DNA of 64,000 bases from Candidatus Multivoradales bacterium (GTDB lineage Bacteria > Acidobacteriota > Thermoanaerobaculia > Multivoradales > J023), in assembly GCA_965248925.1 (NCBI GenBank), contig CBDFLE010000005.1, positions 1,888,001 to 1,952,000 of the forward strand, in the 5' to 3' direction. The notes under the pieces were generated by a model, which did no database searches, was not told the DNA's origin, and saw only the letters and a list, made by a program, of their open reading frames with translations. The translations under genes were made by a program, and so were the position numbers. This document shows, piece by piece, positions 1 to 9,404 of this stretch (position 1 is its first letter; each line of letters begins with the position of its first letter).

Positions 1-47
1 CCCTCCGGCAAGCGGTCGACGAGGACGATTTTGGGTGATTCATCCAT
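1..47 (-). CDS. 5' end of the next gene of the contractile-tail operon (partial, runs off window)
   Basis: GAGGA RBS then ATG at 47, reads MDESPKIVLVDRLPE with no stop to the window edge. Confidence 0.55.
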   Translation of the reverse strand, partial: MDESPKIVLVDRLPE

Positions 48-59
48 CGCGGTCCTCGC

Positions 60-965
60 TCAAATTGCCAATCCCTGGTGATCCCGGACCACCAGCTGGT
101 AGACCTGGCCGGCGGGCAACACTTGGCTGTAGTCACCCTGAGCACCGAGGGTGCCGGTCGCCGCCACGGTGCCGTCGAGACGGCGGATTTCATAAGCGGT
201 TCCGGCGGCCATCGGCAGCTGACTCGCCGCCACTCCGGGGCGGTCGGGAACCACACTGCGATCGATCACTTTGCCGCTAAATTGCACCGCAAATTTGTAC
301 ACCGCAACCCGCGCTGGACCGCCTCCCTGGGGCTTGAAATGGACTCCCACCAGGCGCTGGTTGCGATAGGCTTTGGCGGGCCGCAGCGCCTGCAACCGCA
401 CGCTGTCGCTGGTCTTGCTACCGACGATGCGCAAGGCTCCTGGGCGGATGGTGAGCCAGTTGTAGGTGCCGACGGCGGCGGTCGACAACACCGCCTTGAG
501 CCGTAGTTGGTCACCGGGCTTGATCGCCGCTGGCGGCGCCGCGTTACCGGCTTGATCTCTGATGTCGAGGCGCCCGGAGGAGCCCTGCACCGCCAGCCGC
601 CCGGCAGAGTTGCGCTCGCCGTCAATGTCGACCAGCAGATCGACATCCGGTGCCGCGCCGGTGGTCGCCGTTTGGCCGTACAACTTGACCACCCGGTAAA
701 CACTGCGGTTCGAAGGAAAAATCAACGCCGATGGACCGTCCGCCCGAGCAAAACGGATGTCACCCGACCCACCGTCGCGAGCCTTCAACAACACGGTGAG
801 CTTGGCGTCCTTGATCTCGCCGCGCCAATCCACTCTCAACAACATCTCGGCAACGCCTTGGGGTGGCACTTGGCCAGGGGCCATCAACCGCACGTCGACC
901 CGCGACGACTTCTTGAAGCACCAGGTGCTGCGGGTGACTTCGGTGCGTTTGTTGAAATATGCCAT
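60..965 (-). CDS. hypothetical protein, beta-rich, in contractile-tail operon
   Basis: ORF 60..1091; start moved to ATG 965 (MAYFNKR, GGAG RBS), which removes the overlap with the upstream gene. Confidence 0.7.
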   Translation of the reverse strand: MAYFNKRTEVTRSTWCFKKSSRVDVRLMAPGQVPPQGVAEMLLRVDWRGEIKDAKLTVLLKARDGGSGDIRFARADGPSALIFPSNRSVYRVVKLYGQTATTGAAPDVDLLVDIDGERNSAGRLAVQGSSGRLDIRDQAGNAAPPAAIKPGDQLRLKAVLSTAAVGTYNWLTIRPGALRIVGSKTSDSVRLQALRPAKAYRNQRLVGVHFKPQGGGPARVAVYKFAVQFSGKVIDRSVVPDRPGVAASQLPMAAGTAYEIRRLDGTVAATGTLGAQGDYSQVLPAGQVYQLVVRDHQGLAI

Positions 966-988
966 GACTTGAATCTCCGGCTCCGGGC

Positions 989-3900
989 CTAGGAAATACG
1001 GATCTCCAGCTGTCGTTTCACAGTGGCGCCCTCGGCCGGAAACTGCCGGCTCAACGCCGCCAAATAGAGCTTCTCCAAGGTGGTCTGCCAAGAGTCAGTG
1101 GGCAACGGCGGCGCCAACACGGCATCGCTGCTCAGGTCAGAAGTGGTGCTGAGGGTCAAGCGTGCGCTGCCAGTCGCGGCACCGGCCTTGAGAGTGAAGG
1201 GCACCAGACCGCCGGCATTGGTGGCACGGGCTTTGATGTTGCCGAATTCGAAGCTACGCAGCCCCAAGCCGTGACGGGCCTCAGGCCCGGAGCCCGCCCG
1301 CAGCTCCACCGCTGCGGCTGTCTCAGGATCGACCTCGAAACGGATCTGGTACCCCCGCAAGGGTCGATCGAGGGCGTCGCGCAAACCCACCGCCAGCTCG
1401 AGTTCGGCGCCGGTGGCGAGCTCGATGGAACCGTCGACGCTGGCTCCCATCGCACTGTCCGTGCCGTGCTGGCCCAAAGTCATCCGCGGCAACAGCAAGT
1501 TGTTGGCCTCGAGGATGAAACGCACCGCCTCCAGTCGTTCGGGAAGCTCGGCGCGCACCAGGTCGAGCAGCCGACGCCAAAACGATGAGCTACCGATGCC
1601 TGCTTGTCCCGCAGTGGAGAACGTCCGCAAAGCGCGGCGCAGCAGGGCAAAGCGCTGCTGCTGCCCAGCGCTGGCGGCGTGGTTGTGAGGATGCCAATAG
1701 GACGGCGAGTCGGCAAATCCCACCGCGGGGTTGACCAGCAAATGGTGGATCTGCCACAGAGCGTTGGCGAACAGGGCTTCACTTTCGAGGCCAAGCTCAG
1801 GACTGTCATAACGCCCAACGCTGTGCCGCCGCCCGTCGATGCGGCGAAACAACGACCTCAGATTGGCGAAGCCGGCGAAACGCTCGGCGCCACCCCAAAA
1901 CAGCTGGACATACTCGGCGAAGCCCTCGGTCAAGGCGATGTCCTGGGAGATCAGTTGGCGGCGGTAGTGCTCACCGCCGCTGTCCAAGACTTGAAGCTGC
2001 TCGCGAGGCAGGGAGCGGGCGAAGATGAAATGGGCCATCTCGTGGGCCACTACTTCATCATCCCAAGCGTCAGCACCTCGCCCGCTAGCATCTTGGGCCA
2101 GCGCCAGGACATCACTGAACCAGTGCGCGTGGCTGCGGCTGATGCCGTCGCGCAGGTCGACGAAGAGGTCGAGATTCTGGCCTCCCCAGCGCTGATCGGC
2201 TGAGTCGGCGGCGCTCAGATGCACCAGCCAACGCTGAGTTTGACGCAGCACCTTGAGCACATTGACGGCGTCGTTGACCTTGCTGCCGACCCCCAACAGC
2301 CGGCTTTCGACAAGCTCGTCGCCGGCAAAGTCATCCCGGGTTGGCGGCCCTTCGCGATAAGCCTCGCCGAAGGCGTCGATGTTGTCCCCCACCGCGGCTC
2401 GCAGGCCGAGCTGCTGGCGCCAATCAGCCCGCGAGCGCCAGCGCAGAGCGATATCGGGCAGCTCGTTGAACAAGCCGCGGCCGAGGCTGAAAAGGTTGAA
2501 GGCCAGCTCGCCTCTGGTGCGCACCAGGCGGACCCGGTGGAGATCGCCATCGGCCATCGCCAGCAAGCCGCGATCATCCATCGCCACCGACGACGGCGCG
2601 GCGAAGAGCTGCAAGCGGGCGAGCTCGACCTGGCGGAGCTCCAAGGCCGGCACCACCGCCAGCTCACTGTCTTCTTGCACCTGCTCGCCATCCTCGACCA
2701 GCACCAAGGAGTCCACCGGCAGGTCTTCTGTTTGAGAGTTGCCATCGGCTGAAGTTACCGTCACCCGACCGGCGACCTCGACCCGCCGCGCCAAGCCACC
2801 AAGGTAGGCCTCAGGGGTGGCGAGGCGTGGCACGTTCAAGCTCACGGTGCCCTTTAGGCTGGCCCTGATCGAACCGGCAAGGCTCAGGTCGGGCAGGTTT
2901 TGCAGATCCCAAAAGCCGGTCAACAAGCCATCGCGGGCAAAGGCCAGCAGGCGGTGGGCGCCGCGGTCGGCGACCAAGAGACTGCCGGCCGAATCGACCG
3001 CCAGACCGCTCGGCTCCACCAGACCGAAGCCGACGGCGGCGGGGGTGAAAATCATCGGCCCGGTCTCCACATCGATATCTTCGTCGTCCACCTCCCCGGC
3101 GTCGCCGGGGGCCGGCAGCCGCAGCACTCGCGCGTTGCCGGTGTCGGCCACCAAGAGCTCGCCAGCGGCGCCGAAGGCAACGTCTTCGGGAGCTGCGAAG
3201 TCGCTGCCGGCATGGCCGCTCAAGTCTTCGATCAAGGTGCCATCGAGGCGCAGCAGGCGCACCCGGTTATTGCCGCTGTCGGCCACCGCCAGGACTTCCT
3301 GCTCACCTCGTTGGCCGATCGCCAAGCCGCGAGGCTGGTTGAAGCCCTCGCCGACCTCACCTACCGCGTTCAAAGAAGGGTCAAAACGCCGCACCGTGCT
3401 GTCGCCGAACGACGCCACGAAGACCGATCCATCAGCCGCCGTGGCCACCCCATGGGGCTGGCTCAACCCGGCGTCGATGCTGGCTTGCAACAGCAGACGA
3501 CCGTCGCCGTCGCGCTCGAAGAGCTGCACCCGGTCGTTGCCGGTGTCGCTGACCCACAGGGCACCTTGGGGGTCGAAGAAGACGTAGCCCGGACCCACCA
3601 TGTGTTGGGCCGCGGTGGCCGGCTGCCAAGCCTCCCCCACCATCGAGGGCACGGTTTGGTCGCCGCGGCGCGCGCCGGCAGGGTTGTAGGGACTCAGTCG
3701 GCGAACCGTGGCCGGCTGGCGGTCGGCGACGTAGAGCTCACCGCGGTTGTCCACCGCCAGGGAGCGCGGGTCGCTGCTGGGGGTCAAGCGCAAATGCAAA
3801 GTGCCATCAGCGGTATTCAGGCGCAGGATCTCAGCCGAGTCCTGGCGTAACACGTAGAGATAGCCGTGCTTGGCGTCGAGGGCCAACTCCAGCGGCGCCG

Positions 3901-5329
3901 ATTCGATGCTGCGCTGCCAGACCAGCACGGCATTCTGACCCTCTATACGCCAGCACGACAGGCGGGAACTCGGCGCATCGGCAACATAGACTCGGTGCTC
4001 GCCATCGACGGCCACGGCGTTGGGTCCTTGGAACGGATCCATCGCCGGCTCGCCGGTGATCCGCAGCACATGCCTGAGGCGGTGACCACCGAAACTGCCG
4101 TAGCCGAGGGTGAAGACCTCCACGCTTCGCCGGCCGAGATCCGCCACCGCCATCAAATCGCTGGCGGTGGAGCGCTGGCGGGCGATCGCCAAATCGGCAG
4201 GCTGGCGCAACGTTTGTGGCAAGGTCGTGGACAGGGGATCGAAGCCAGCCGTTTGCGGATCGAGGCGACTGGCCAAGCGATACTGGCCAGCACTGCCGTA
4301 GGGATCGTCGGCCGAGCTGTCGAGGGCATACACCGCCAGATCACCATTCAAGCCGCCGCGGGCGACCCACAGATCGCGACGGCTGTCCGTCGCCAAGCCT
4401 TCGACCCCCAAGAACGAGCTTTGGAAGTCGGCGAATTTTTGGCTTTGGCATAGGGTGCCATCGGGATAGAAGCGGCGTAGAGTCTCGCCGTCGAGCAACA
4501 GCACGAAGCCATGATCGTCGGTGGTCAGCGGCCCCGTGGCGGTGAAGCTGCCGCCACCGAGGCTGGCCACCGGCGCCCCCGGCGGGTCGAGCCAAGCGCG
4601 AGGCTCGGCGAGCCACCAGCGCGAGTTCGGCGCGGCCGCGGCGGCGGTTGCCAGGTCGTCGGCCAGAGCGGCGCGGGCCACTGGCCAGCGATCGATGAAG
4701 GGGTAGGAGCCGAAGGGGTGGTCGCCATCCTCGCCGGCTGCACCGCCCGCCGGCCGGATCACCAGCCGGCGGCTACCATCGGCGGCGATCTCCTCACCGG
4801 CACCGACACCGCTCAAGGCATCGTCGAAACACAGATCTTCGTCGAGCAGCACCACTTCCAAGCTCTGCTCGGGCGGTGCCACCGGGTTGCGCAGCCCCGA
4901 GGCATGAAAATCGCTGTAGGCCACTTGCAGCCGGGCCGGCAAGCCGATCAACAAAGGCATCTCCGGCAGCGGCTCGGCGGCACTCAACAAGCGCCGGGCA
5001 GAGCCGTTGGCAGCGTGCCGAGTGACCCACTCAGCAGGTAGCTCGAAACGCCGCTCGGCCGGTGCGCCAGCCGGTACCTGGCGCGCCGCGGCGTCGAGGG
5101 TGAGGGTGAAAAACGGCAAAAGGTCGCCGATCTCATCGTCGTCAAAGCTGATCTCGACTTCGAGACGCCCATCAGCGCCGCTCGGCGAAGTCGACTCCCC
5201 AAGGTCGGGGTCGCTCCAAAAGCCATCGTGCTCGACCTTCACCCTGGCCCCAGGCACCGGCATCAGCTCGGCCGACAACGGGTCGAGGGTCAGCACCCGG
5301 AAGCGGGCGCGGCGGCTGACGGTGGCCAT
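989..5329 (-). CDS. NHL-repeat beta-propeller protein with C-terminal zinc metallopeptidase domain (candidate cargo/effector)
   Basis: Multiple NHL repeats (VSDTGNDRVQ, VADSGNNRVR, VADTGNARVL, VADRGAHRLL); gluzincin motif AHEMAH followed by ALTEGFAEY. Confidence 0.8.
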   Translation of the reverse strand: MATVSRRARFRVLTLDPLSAELMPVPGARVKVEHDGFWSDPDLGESTSPSGADGRLEVEISFDDDEIGDLLPFFTLTLDAAARQVPAGAPAERRFELPAEWVTRHAANGSARRLLSAAEPLPEMPLLIGLPARLQVAYSDFHASGLRNPVAPPEQSLEVVLLDEDLCFDDALSGVGAGEEIAADGSRRLVIRPAGGAAGEDGDHPFGSYPFIDRWPVARAALADDLATAAAAAPNSRWWLAEPRAWLDPPGAPVASLGGGSFTATGPLTTDDHGFVLLLDGETLRRFYPDGTLCQSQKFADFQSSFLGVEGLATDSRRDLWVARGGLNGDLAVYALDSSADDPYGSAGQYRLASRLDPQTAGFDPLSTTLPQTLRQPADLAIARQRSTASDLMAVADLGRRSVEVFTLGYGSFGGHRLRHVLRITGEPAMDPFQGPNAVAVDGEHRVYVADAPSSRLSCWRIEGQNAVLVWQRSIESAPLELALDAKHGYLYVLRQDSAEILRLNTADGTLHLRLTPSSDPRSLAVDNRGELYVADRQPATVRRLSPYNPAGARRGDQTVPSMVGEAWQPATAAQHMVGPGYVFFDPQGALWVSDTGNDRVQLFERDGDGRLLLQASIDAGLSQPHGVATAADGSVFVASFGDSTVRRFDPSLNAVGEVGEGFNQPRGLAIGQRGEQEVLAVADSGNNRVRLLRLDGTLIEDLSGHAGSDFAAPEDVAFGAAGELLVADTGNARVLRLPAPGDAGEVDDEDIDVETGPMIFTPAAVGFGLVEPSGLAVDSAGSLLVADRGAHRLLAFARDGLLTGFWDLQNLPDLSLAGSIRASLKGTVSLNVPRLATPEAYLGGLARRVEVAGRVTVTSADGNSQTEDLPVDSLVLVEDGEQVQEDSELAVVPALELRQVELARLQLFAAPSSVAMDDRGLLAMADGDLHRVRLVRTRGELAFNLFSLGRGLFNELPDIALRWRSRADWRQQLGLRAAVGDNIDAFGEAYREGPPTRDDFAGDELVESRLLGVGSKVNDAVNVLKVLRQTQRWLVHLSAADSADQRWGGQNLDLFVDLRDGISRSHAHWFSDVLALAQDASGRGADAWDDEVVAHEMAHFIFARSLPREQLQVLDSGGEHYRRQLISQDIALTEGFAEYVQLFWGGAERFAGFANLRSLFRRIDGRRHSVGRYDSPELGLESEALFANALWQIHHLLVNPAVGFADSPSYWHPHNHAASAGQQQRFALLRRALRTFSTAGQAGIGSSSFWRRLLDLVRAELPERLEAVRFILEANNLLLPRMTLGQHGTDSAMGASVDGSIELATGAELELAVGLRDALDRPLRGYQIRFEVDPETAAAVELRAGSGPEARHGLGLRSFEFGNIKARATNAGGLVPFTLKAGAATGSARLTLSTTSDLSSDAVLAPPLPTDSWQTTLEKLYLAALSRQFPAEGATVKRQLEIRIS

Positions 5330-8300
5330 CAGAGGCTGCCTCCAACGCTGGCGCTCGCACCCGCGTTGGCACCGGCGCCAAGGGCACCTCGGGCCGAGGA
5401 CAACATGCCGTCGAAGGCGTCCTCGGAGCGCTTCAAGCCCAACACCAGCTCGGCCTCGAGCTCATCGAGCTTGGCCACCAACGGCGCCAACACGAGGCGA
5501 AAGTCGATCTCCGCCAGGGTCTCCTCGACCGCCTCCCAAGCCAGCCGGGCCGGCGCCAAGACCGCTTCCGGATCGAGGCTTTCGACCAGCCCCCGGACCC
5601 TCTCGAACGGCCCACCGATATCGCTCAGCAAGGTCGACGGCACGGTCTGCTCCGCCGCCGCCAACAAGGCCGAGCGCAGCCCGTCGAGCAAGGCCGCCAA
5701 GCGGGCCGGATCGGCGGCTTCGACCACCGCCCGCAAATTGCCGATGGCGGCATCGATATCAGCCGCCACGAAATCCACTCGCAGCTCGCCGACCAAGGCT
5801 TGCAAGCGGCTGAGAGAGTCGCGCAATGCCGCCACCGCAACGCTCGGGTCGAGGGCCTCTACTTTGGCCAAGACCCGCTCATAAACCGCGTCGAGCTCGC
5901 CGCCGATCTCCGCGGGCCGGAGCGGCAACAACTTGGCTTTGATGGTCTCGAAACGGGCATCGAGCTGATCGACAAAACGCAAGGGGCTGGCCAAGCGCAT
6001 CACCCGGCGAAAGGTGTCGACATCGAGGGCTTGGCGGGCGAAGGGGGGCAGCAGCCCCAGCAGGCGTTGCCGGAACTCGCCATAGTCCTCGGCGAGGGCG
6101 CTCAAGTCGAGGTGGCCGCGAATTCCTTCGGCGCTGCCGACGATCTCACCGTAAGCCGCCATCAGGCTGCCCAATTGAACCTCGGGCTCGAGAGCGGCGG
6201 TCACCTTGACCCGACCCGCGAAGCTCGCCCCAGAAGATGCTCCAGATCCCGGCGCCACCGAGAGCGCCGCGTCGAGGTCGAAATAAACCCCTTTGAGCCG
6301 GCGGAAGCGACCCGCCAGATCGAGTCCGCGCGCGAGCTCGAGACCGCTGTCGATCTGCCGCAAAAAAGCCTCGGCGAGGACCGCCGGATCGAGCCGATCT
6401 AGGTCCGCCAAGGGCTGGCGAAAGAGTTCGAACAAGGCGGTTACCAGATCCTGTTGCACGGTGTCCAAGAAGCTCAGCAAGGGCGCCGCCAGATCGACCA
6501 CCGGCGCCATCACCAAGGAGGGCTTGAAGCGATCGAACTCGGCTTCGAGGCGGCTCAGATCATCGGCCACCGGCGCCAGCAAGGCGGAGGGTCGGGCGCC
6601 GCGCAAGTCTTGTTTGAGCTCGGTCACCACCGCCAACAAGCGATCGAGAGGGGCTGCCAAATCGAGCCCCTCGACCACAGCCCGAAGCTGGTCGAGGCGG
6701 TCCACCAAGGGGGCGATCAAGGCCGCTCCGGAGAGGCCGTCGAAAGCGCTCATGCGACCGTCGAAGGCGGCCGCCAACGGCGCCAACAGAGAAGCGGGGT
6801 CGAGAGCCGCTAGAGGCCGCAGCAGGAGGCGCTCATGGATCTCGTCCAAGGGCTGCAATAGCTTGTTTGGGTCGAGCCGTTCGAGTGCCTCATGCACCGT
6901 ACCGAGAGCCTCCACCAGGCCCTGTAGAAGGGCCTCCGGGCTGAGCGCTCGAAGCTCCTGCAGAGCGCTCTCGAAACTCTCCTGGAGAGTGGCGATGGCG
7001 CCCGCTGGAAGGGCTTTGACCTGCGCCATCTGGTCTCCCAAAGGGGCCGAAACCGCCACCGTGAAGTCGATCTTGATCACCGCGTCGAGGGCGGTGGCCA
7101 GAGCGGCGCGCAGCAGATCGTTGAGCTGCTCGGGATCGATCTCCGCCAGCTTGCGACCATTCTCTGCGAAGGCCTCTACCACCGGATCGACCACCGGGCT
7201 GAAATCGATCGGCGCCAAGGCGTCGAGCACCGCCTCGATCTTGCCTCGCAACTCGGCCATCAGGCCAGGCACGTCGAGGCCATCGAGGAAAGTGGTGAAA
7301 TCTTCGATGCCGCCGAGCGCCGCCGCGGTGACCCCGGCGGCGGCACTCTCCACCGGCTGCAGCAAGCTGCCGAGGCCAGCCAACACCGCGCTGAGACCAT
7401 CGCGCAGATCGTTCAACGTAGCACTGACACTGGCCGCTTCGGGATGGTCCGGATCACCGCTGATGGCTCGTTGGGCACCACCCAATACCTTTCTCAAATC
7501 GGCTTCGAGATGGAAGGTGAACGAGCCGTCTGGAGCAAACTGACCGAGGTTTTCGAACAGACCCCGCTGGGCGGTCACCAAGGTATCGAAATGCTCGCCA
7601 ATCTGCCGGCTGAGATCGTCGACACCGCTCTCCAAGCCGCTCAATGCCGACTCGACCTCCGCCAACCGCTGCTCCAAACCGCGGGTCAAGGCGTCGGGAT
7701 CGAGCCCCTCGAGGCGGCTCTCGAGGTCGGCGAAGAAAGCCAAGACACCCTCGCTGACGAAGCTCAAGTCGATCGCCTCGACGGCCTGATCGAGGCGGTC
7801 GAGCAAGTCCTTGAAGGGATCGTCGATCTGTTGCAACTCGGTGACCTGCACCGCCAATGCTTGATCGAGGAAGCGGCGCAGGAAGAGCTCCAGGCCGCGC
7901 GGCCGGGCGAAGGGATGGTGGGCTGAGCGGCGCAGGGCGGCCAACACTGGCCGCAGCACCACTTTGAGTTCGGCCACGGCGTCCACCGCCGCGCCGACCC
8001 GGACGCCGAGCTGCGCCGTTCCAACCGCCGCTTGGACCTCGCCGTAGGCATCGATCACCGCGTCGAAACGACCGCCGACCGCCGCCAACAGGGACGCCGG
8101 CAGAGTCTGCGCGACTCCGCCTTCGAGAAAATCGAACAGGCCGCGCAAGCTGCCATAGCCAAAGGCCGCCAACAATTGATCGAGGGTGCGGCGGAAGACC
8201 TGCAACACCAACGCCGGCACGTCGGCGGTCGCGGCGGCGGCCTCGAACAACGGTCGCAGCTCCCGGACCTGGGCTTCAAGAGCGCGGATCCACGCTTGGA

Positions 8301-8787
8301 TCTTCTCGGCGGCATCGCCGTCCAGGCTGCCGAGCACCCCGAGCAGCTGATTTATCAGCGGTTCCAGGGCACCACCGGCACTTGCCGGCGCGCCGCCGGT
8401 GAGGCCGCTCAAAGTGTCGATGAGCTTCTGCAAGTCGCCTAGGAAGTCGCCGGCGAGACTTCCTTTGAGGCCCTCGATCCGTTGCACAAAGCCCCAGAGA
8501 GCGGCTTGTGGGTTGAGATCCAGGTCGAGATCGACCTGCGCCAAGGCTCGCGCAACGCGCTCCACTTGGGCCTGGGGATCGAGCTTGAACACAGCACCGA
8601 GTTGAGCTTCGAAGCTCAGGGCGAAGCCATCCCCCGACAGCACCGGTGCCGAGCCGCTGAGCGCCGCCGCGCCGGCCAAGCCAGTCGCCGGCTCACCGTC
8701 GCCACCTGCCTTGCCGAGCAGGCCGAGCAAACCAGACAGAGCCTCCCCCAAGCCGCTGATCTCGAGTTGTAGGGTTCCTTCGGGCAT
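5329..8787 (-). CDS. 1152-aa alpha-helical protein with recurring LDP/LSP motifs (tail-associated, function unknown)
   Basis: Leu/Ala/Asp-rich amphipathic helices; stop overlaps the start of the NHL gene by 1 nt. Confidence 0.75.
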   Translation of the reverse strand: MPEGTLQLEISGLGEALSGLLGLLGKAGGDGEPATGLAGAAALSGSAPVLSGDGFALSFEAQLGAVFKLDPQAQVERVARALAQVDLDLDLNPQAALWGFVQRIEGLKGSLAGDFLGDLQKLIDTLSGLTGGAPASAGGALEPLINQLLGVLGSLDGDAAEKIQAWIRALEAQVRELRPLFEAAAATADVPALVLQVFRRTLDQLLAAFGYGSLRGLFDFLEGGVAQTLPASLLAAVGGRFDAVIDAYGEVQAAVGTAQLGVRVGAAVDAVAELKVVLRPVLAALRRSAHHPFARPRGLELFLRRFLDQALAVQVTELQQIDDPFKDLLDRLDQAVEAIDLSFVSEGVLAFFADLESRLEGLDPDALTRGLEQRLAEVESALSGLESGVDDLSRQIGEHFDTLVTAQRGLFENLGQFAPDGSFTFHLEADLRKVLGGAQRAISGDPDHPEAASVSATLNDLRDGLSAVLAGLGSLLQPVESAAAGVTAAALGGIEDFTTFLDGLDVPGLMAELRGKIEAVLDALAPIDFSPVVDPVVEAFAENGRKLAEIDPEQLNDLLRAALATALDAVIKIDFTVAVSAPLGDQMAQVKALPAGAIATLQESFESALQELRALSPEALLQGLVEALGTVHEALERLDPNKLLQPLDEIHERLLLRPLAALDPASLLAPLAAAFDGRMSAFDGLSGAALIAPLVDRLDQLRAVVEGLDLAAPLDRLLAVVTELKQDLRGARPSALLAPVADDLSRLEAEFDRFKPSLVMAPVVDLAAPLLSFLDTVQQDLVTALFELFRQPLADLDRLDPAVLAEAFLRQIDSGLELARGLDLAGRFRRLKGVYFDLDAALSVAPGSGASSGASFAGRVKVTAALEPEVQLGSLMAAYGEIVGSAEGIRGHLDLSALAEDYGEFRQRLLGLLPPFARQALDVDTFRRVMRLASPLRFVDQLDARFETIKAKLLPLRPAEIGGELDAVYERVLAKVEALDPSVAVAALRDSLSRLQALVGELRVDFVAADIDAAIGNLRAVVEAADPARLAALLDGLRSALLAAAEQTVPSTLLSDIGGPFERVRGLVESLDPEAVLAPARLAWEAVEETLAEIDFRLVLAPLVAKLDELEAELVLGLKRSEDAFDGMLSSARGALGAGANAGASASVGGSL

Positions 8788-8804
8788 AGTTGCTCAGACC
8801 ACCT

Positions 8805-9404
8805 TCAATCGTCGCTGCCGAGCAGGCCGACCAGCGGACCGAGGGCTGCCTCGACACTGGCGGTAGCGGTGGTGACGCCATCGATCAACGAGCGCAACGG
8901 CGGCGTCGGATCGGCGATGTCAGGAATGGAGCCCAGGCCATCGATCAAGTCGACGGCGTTGCTGACCGTGTCCAAAAAATCACCGGCTTGATCGAGCAAG
9001 CCGCTGTCGAGACCAGCGAAAGGATCCGCTGGTGGTGGCGGTGGCGGGCTCTCGCGCAAGCGGATGCGGTAGGCCAGTTGGTCGGGACGGCGGCCACTCT
9101 CGCCCAGCCAAAGCTCCTCGATCACCACATATTGAACCTCGGTGGCGGTGGTGATGTCGGCGACGAAAGTCACCGGCTCGCCGTCCTGAAAGCGGGCTCG
9201 CAGCTGGTCGAAGAGCGTGCTCTTATCCTCCTCACCGTGCAAGCTGCCATGGATCTCCAACAGCGTCGGCTCACTGTTCAAGTCTTGAAACAGACTGCCG
9301 ACCCGACCCGGCACCGCAAGCTCGACAAACGCCCGCCGTTCGAGGGTCTCGATAGCGGCGATACGGGGGATCTCCCAGCCACCGAGCACCGGCTTGACGT
9401 TCAT
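8805..9404 (-). CDS. DNA circularisation N-terminal (Mu gpN-like) tail protein
   Basis: Motif ELAVPGRVGSLFQDLNSEP, later YRIRLRE; position after sheath-tube-chaperone as in Mu-type tails. Confidence 0.55.
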   Translation of the reverse strand: MNVKPVLGGWEIPRIAAIETLERRAFVELAVPGRVGSLFQDLNSEPTLLEIHGSLHGEEDKSTLFDQLRARFQDGEPVTFVADITTATEVQYVVIEELWLGESGRRPDQLAYRIRLRESPPPPPPADPFAGLDSGLLDQAGDFLDTVSNAVDLIDGLGSIPDIADPTPPLRSLIDGVTTATASVEAALGPLVGLLGSDD

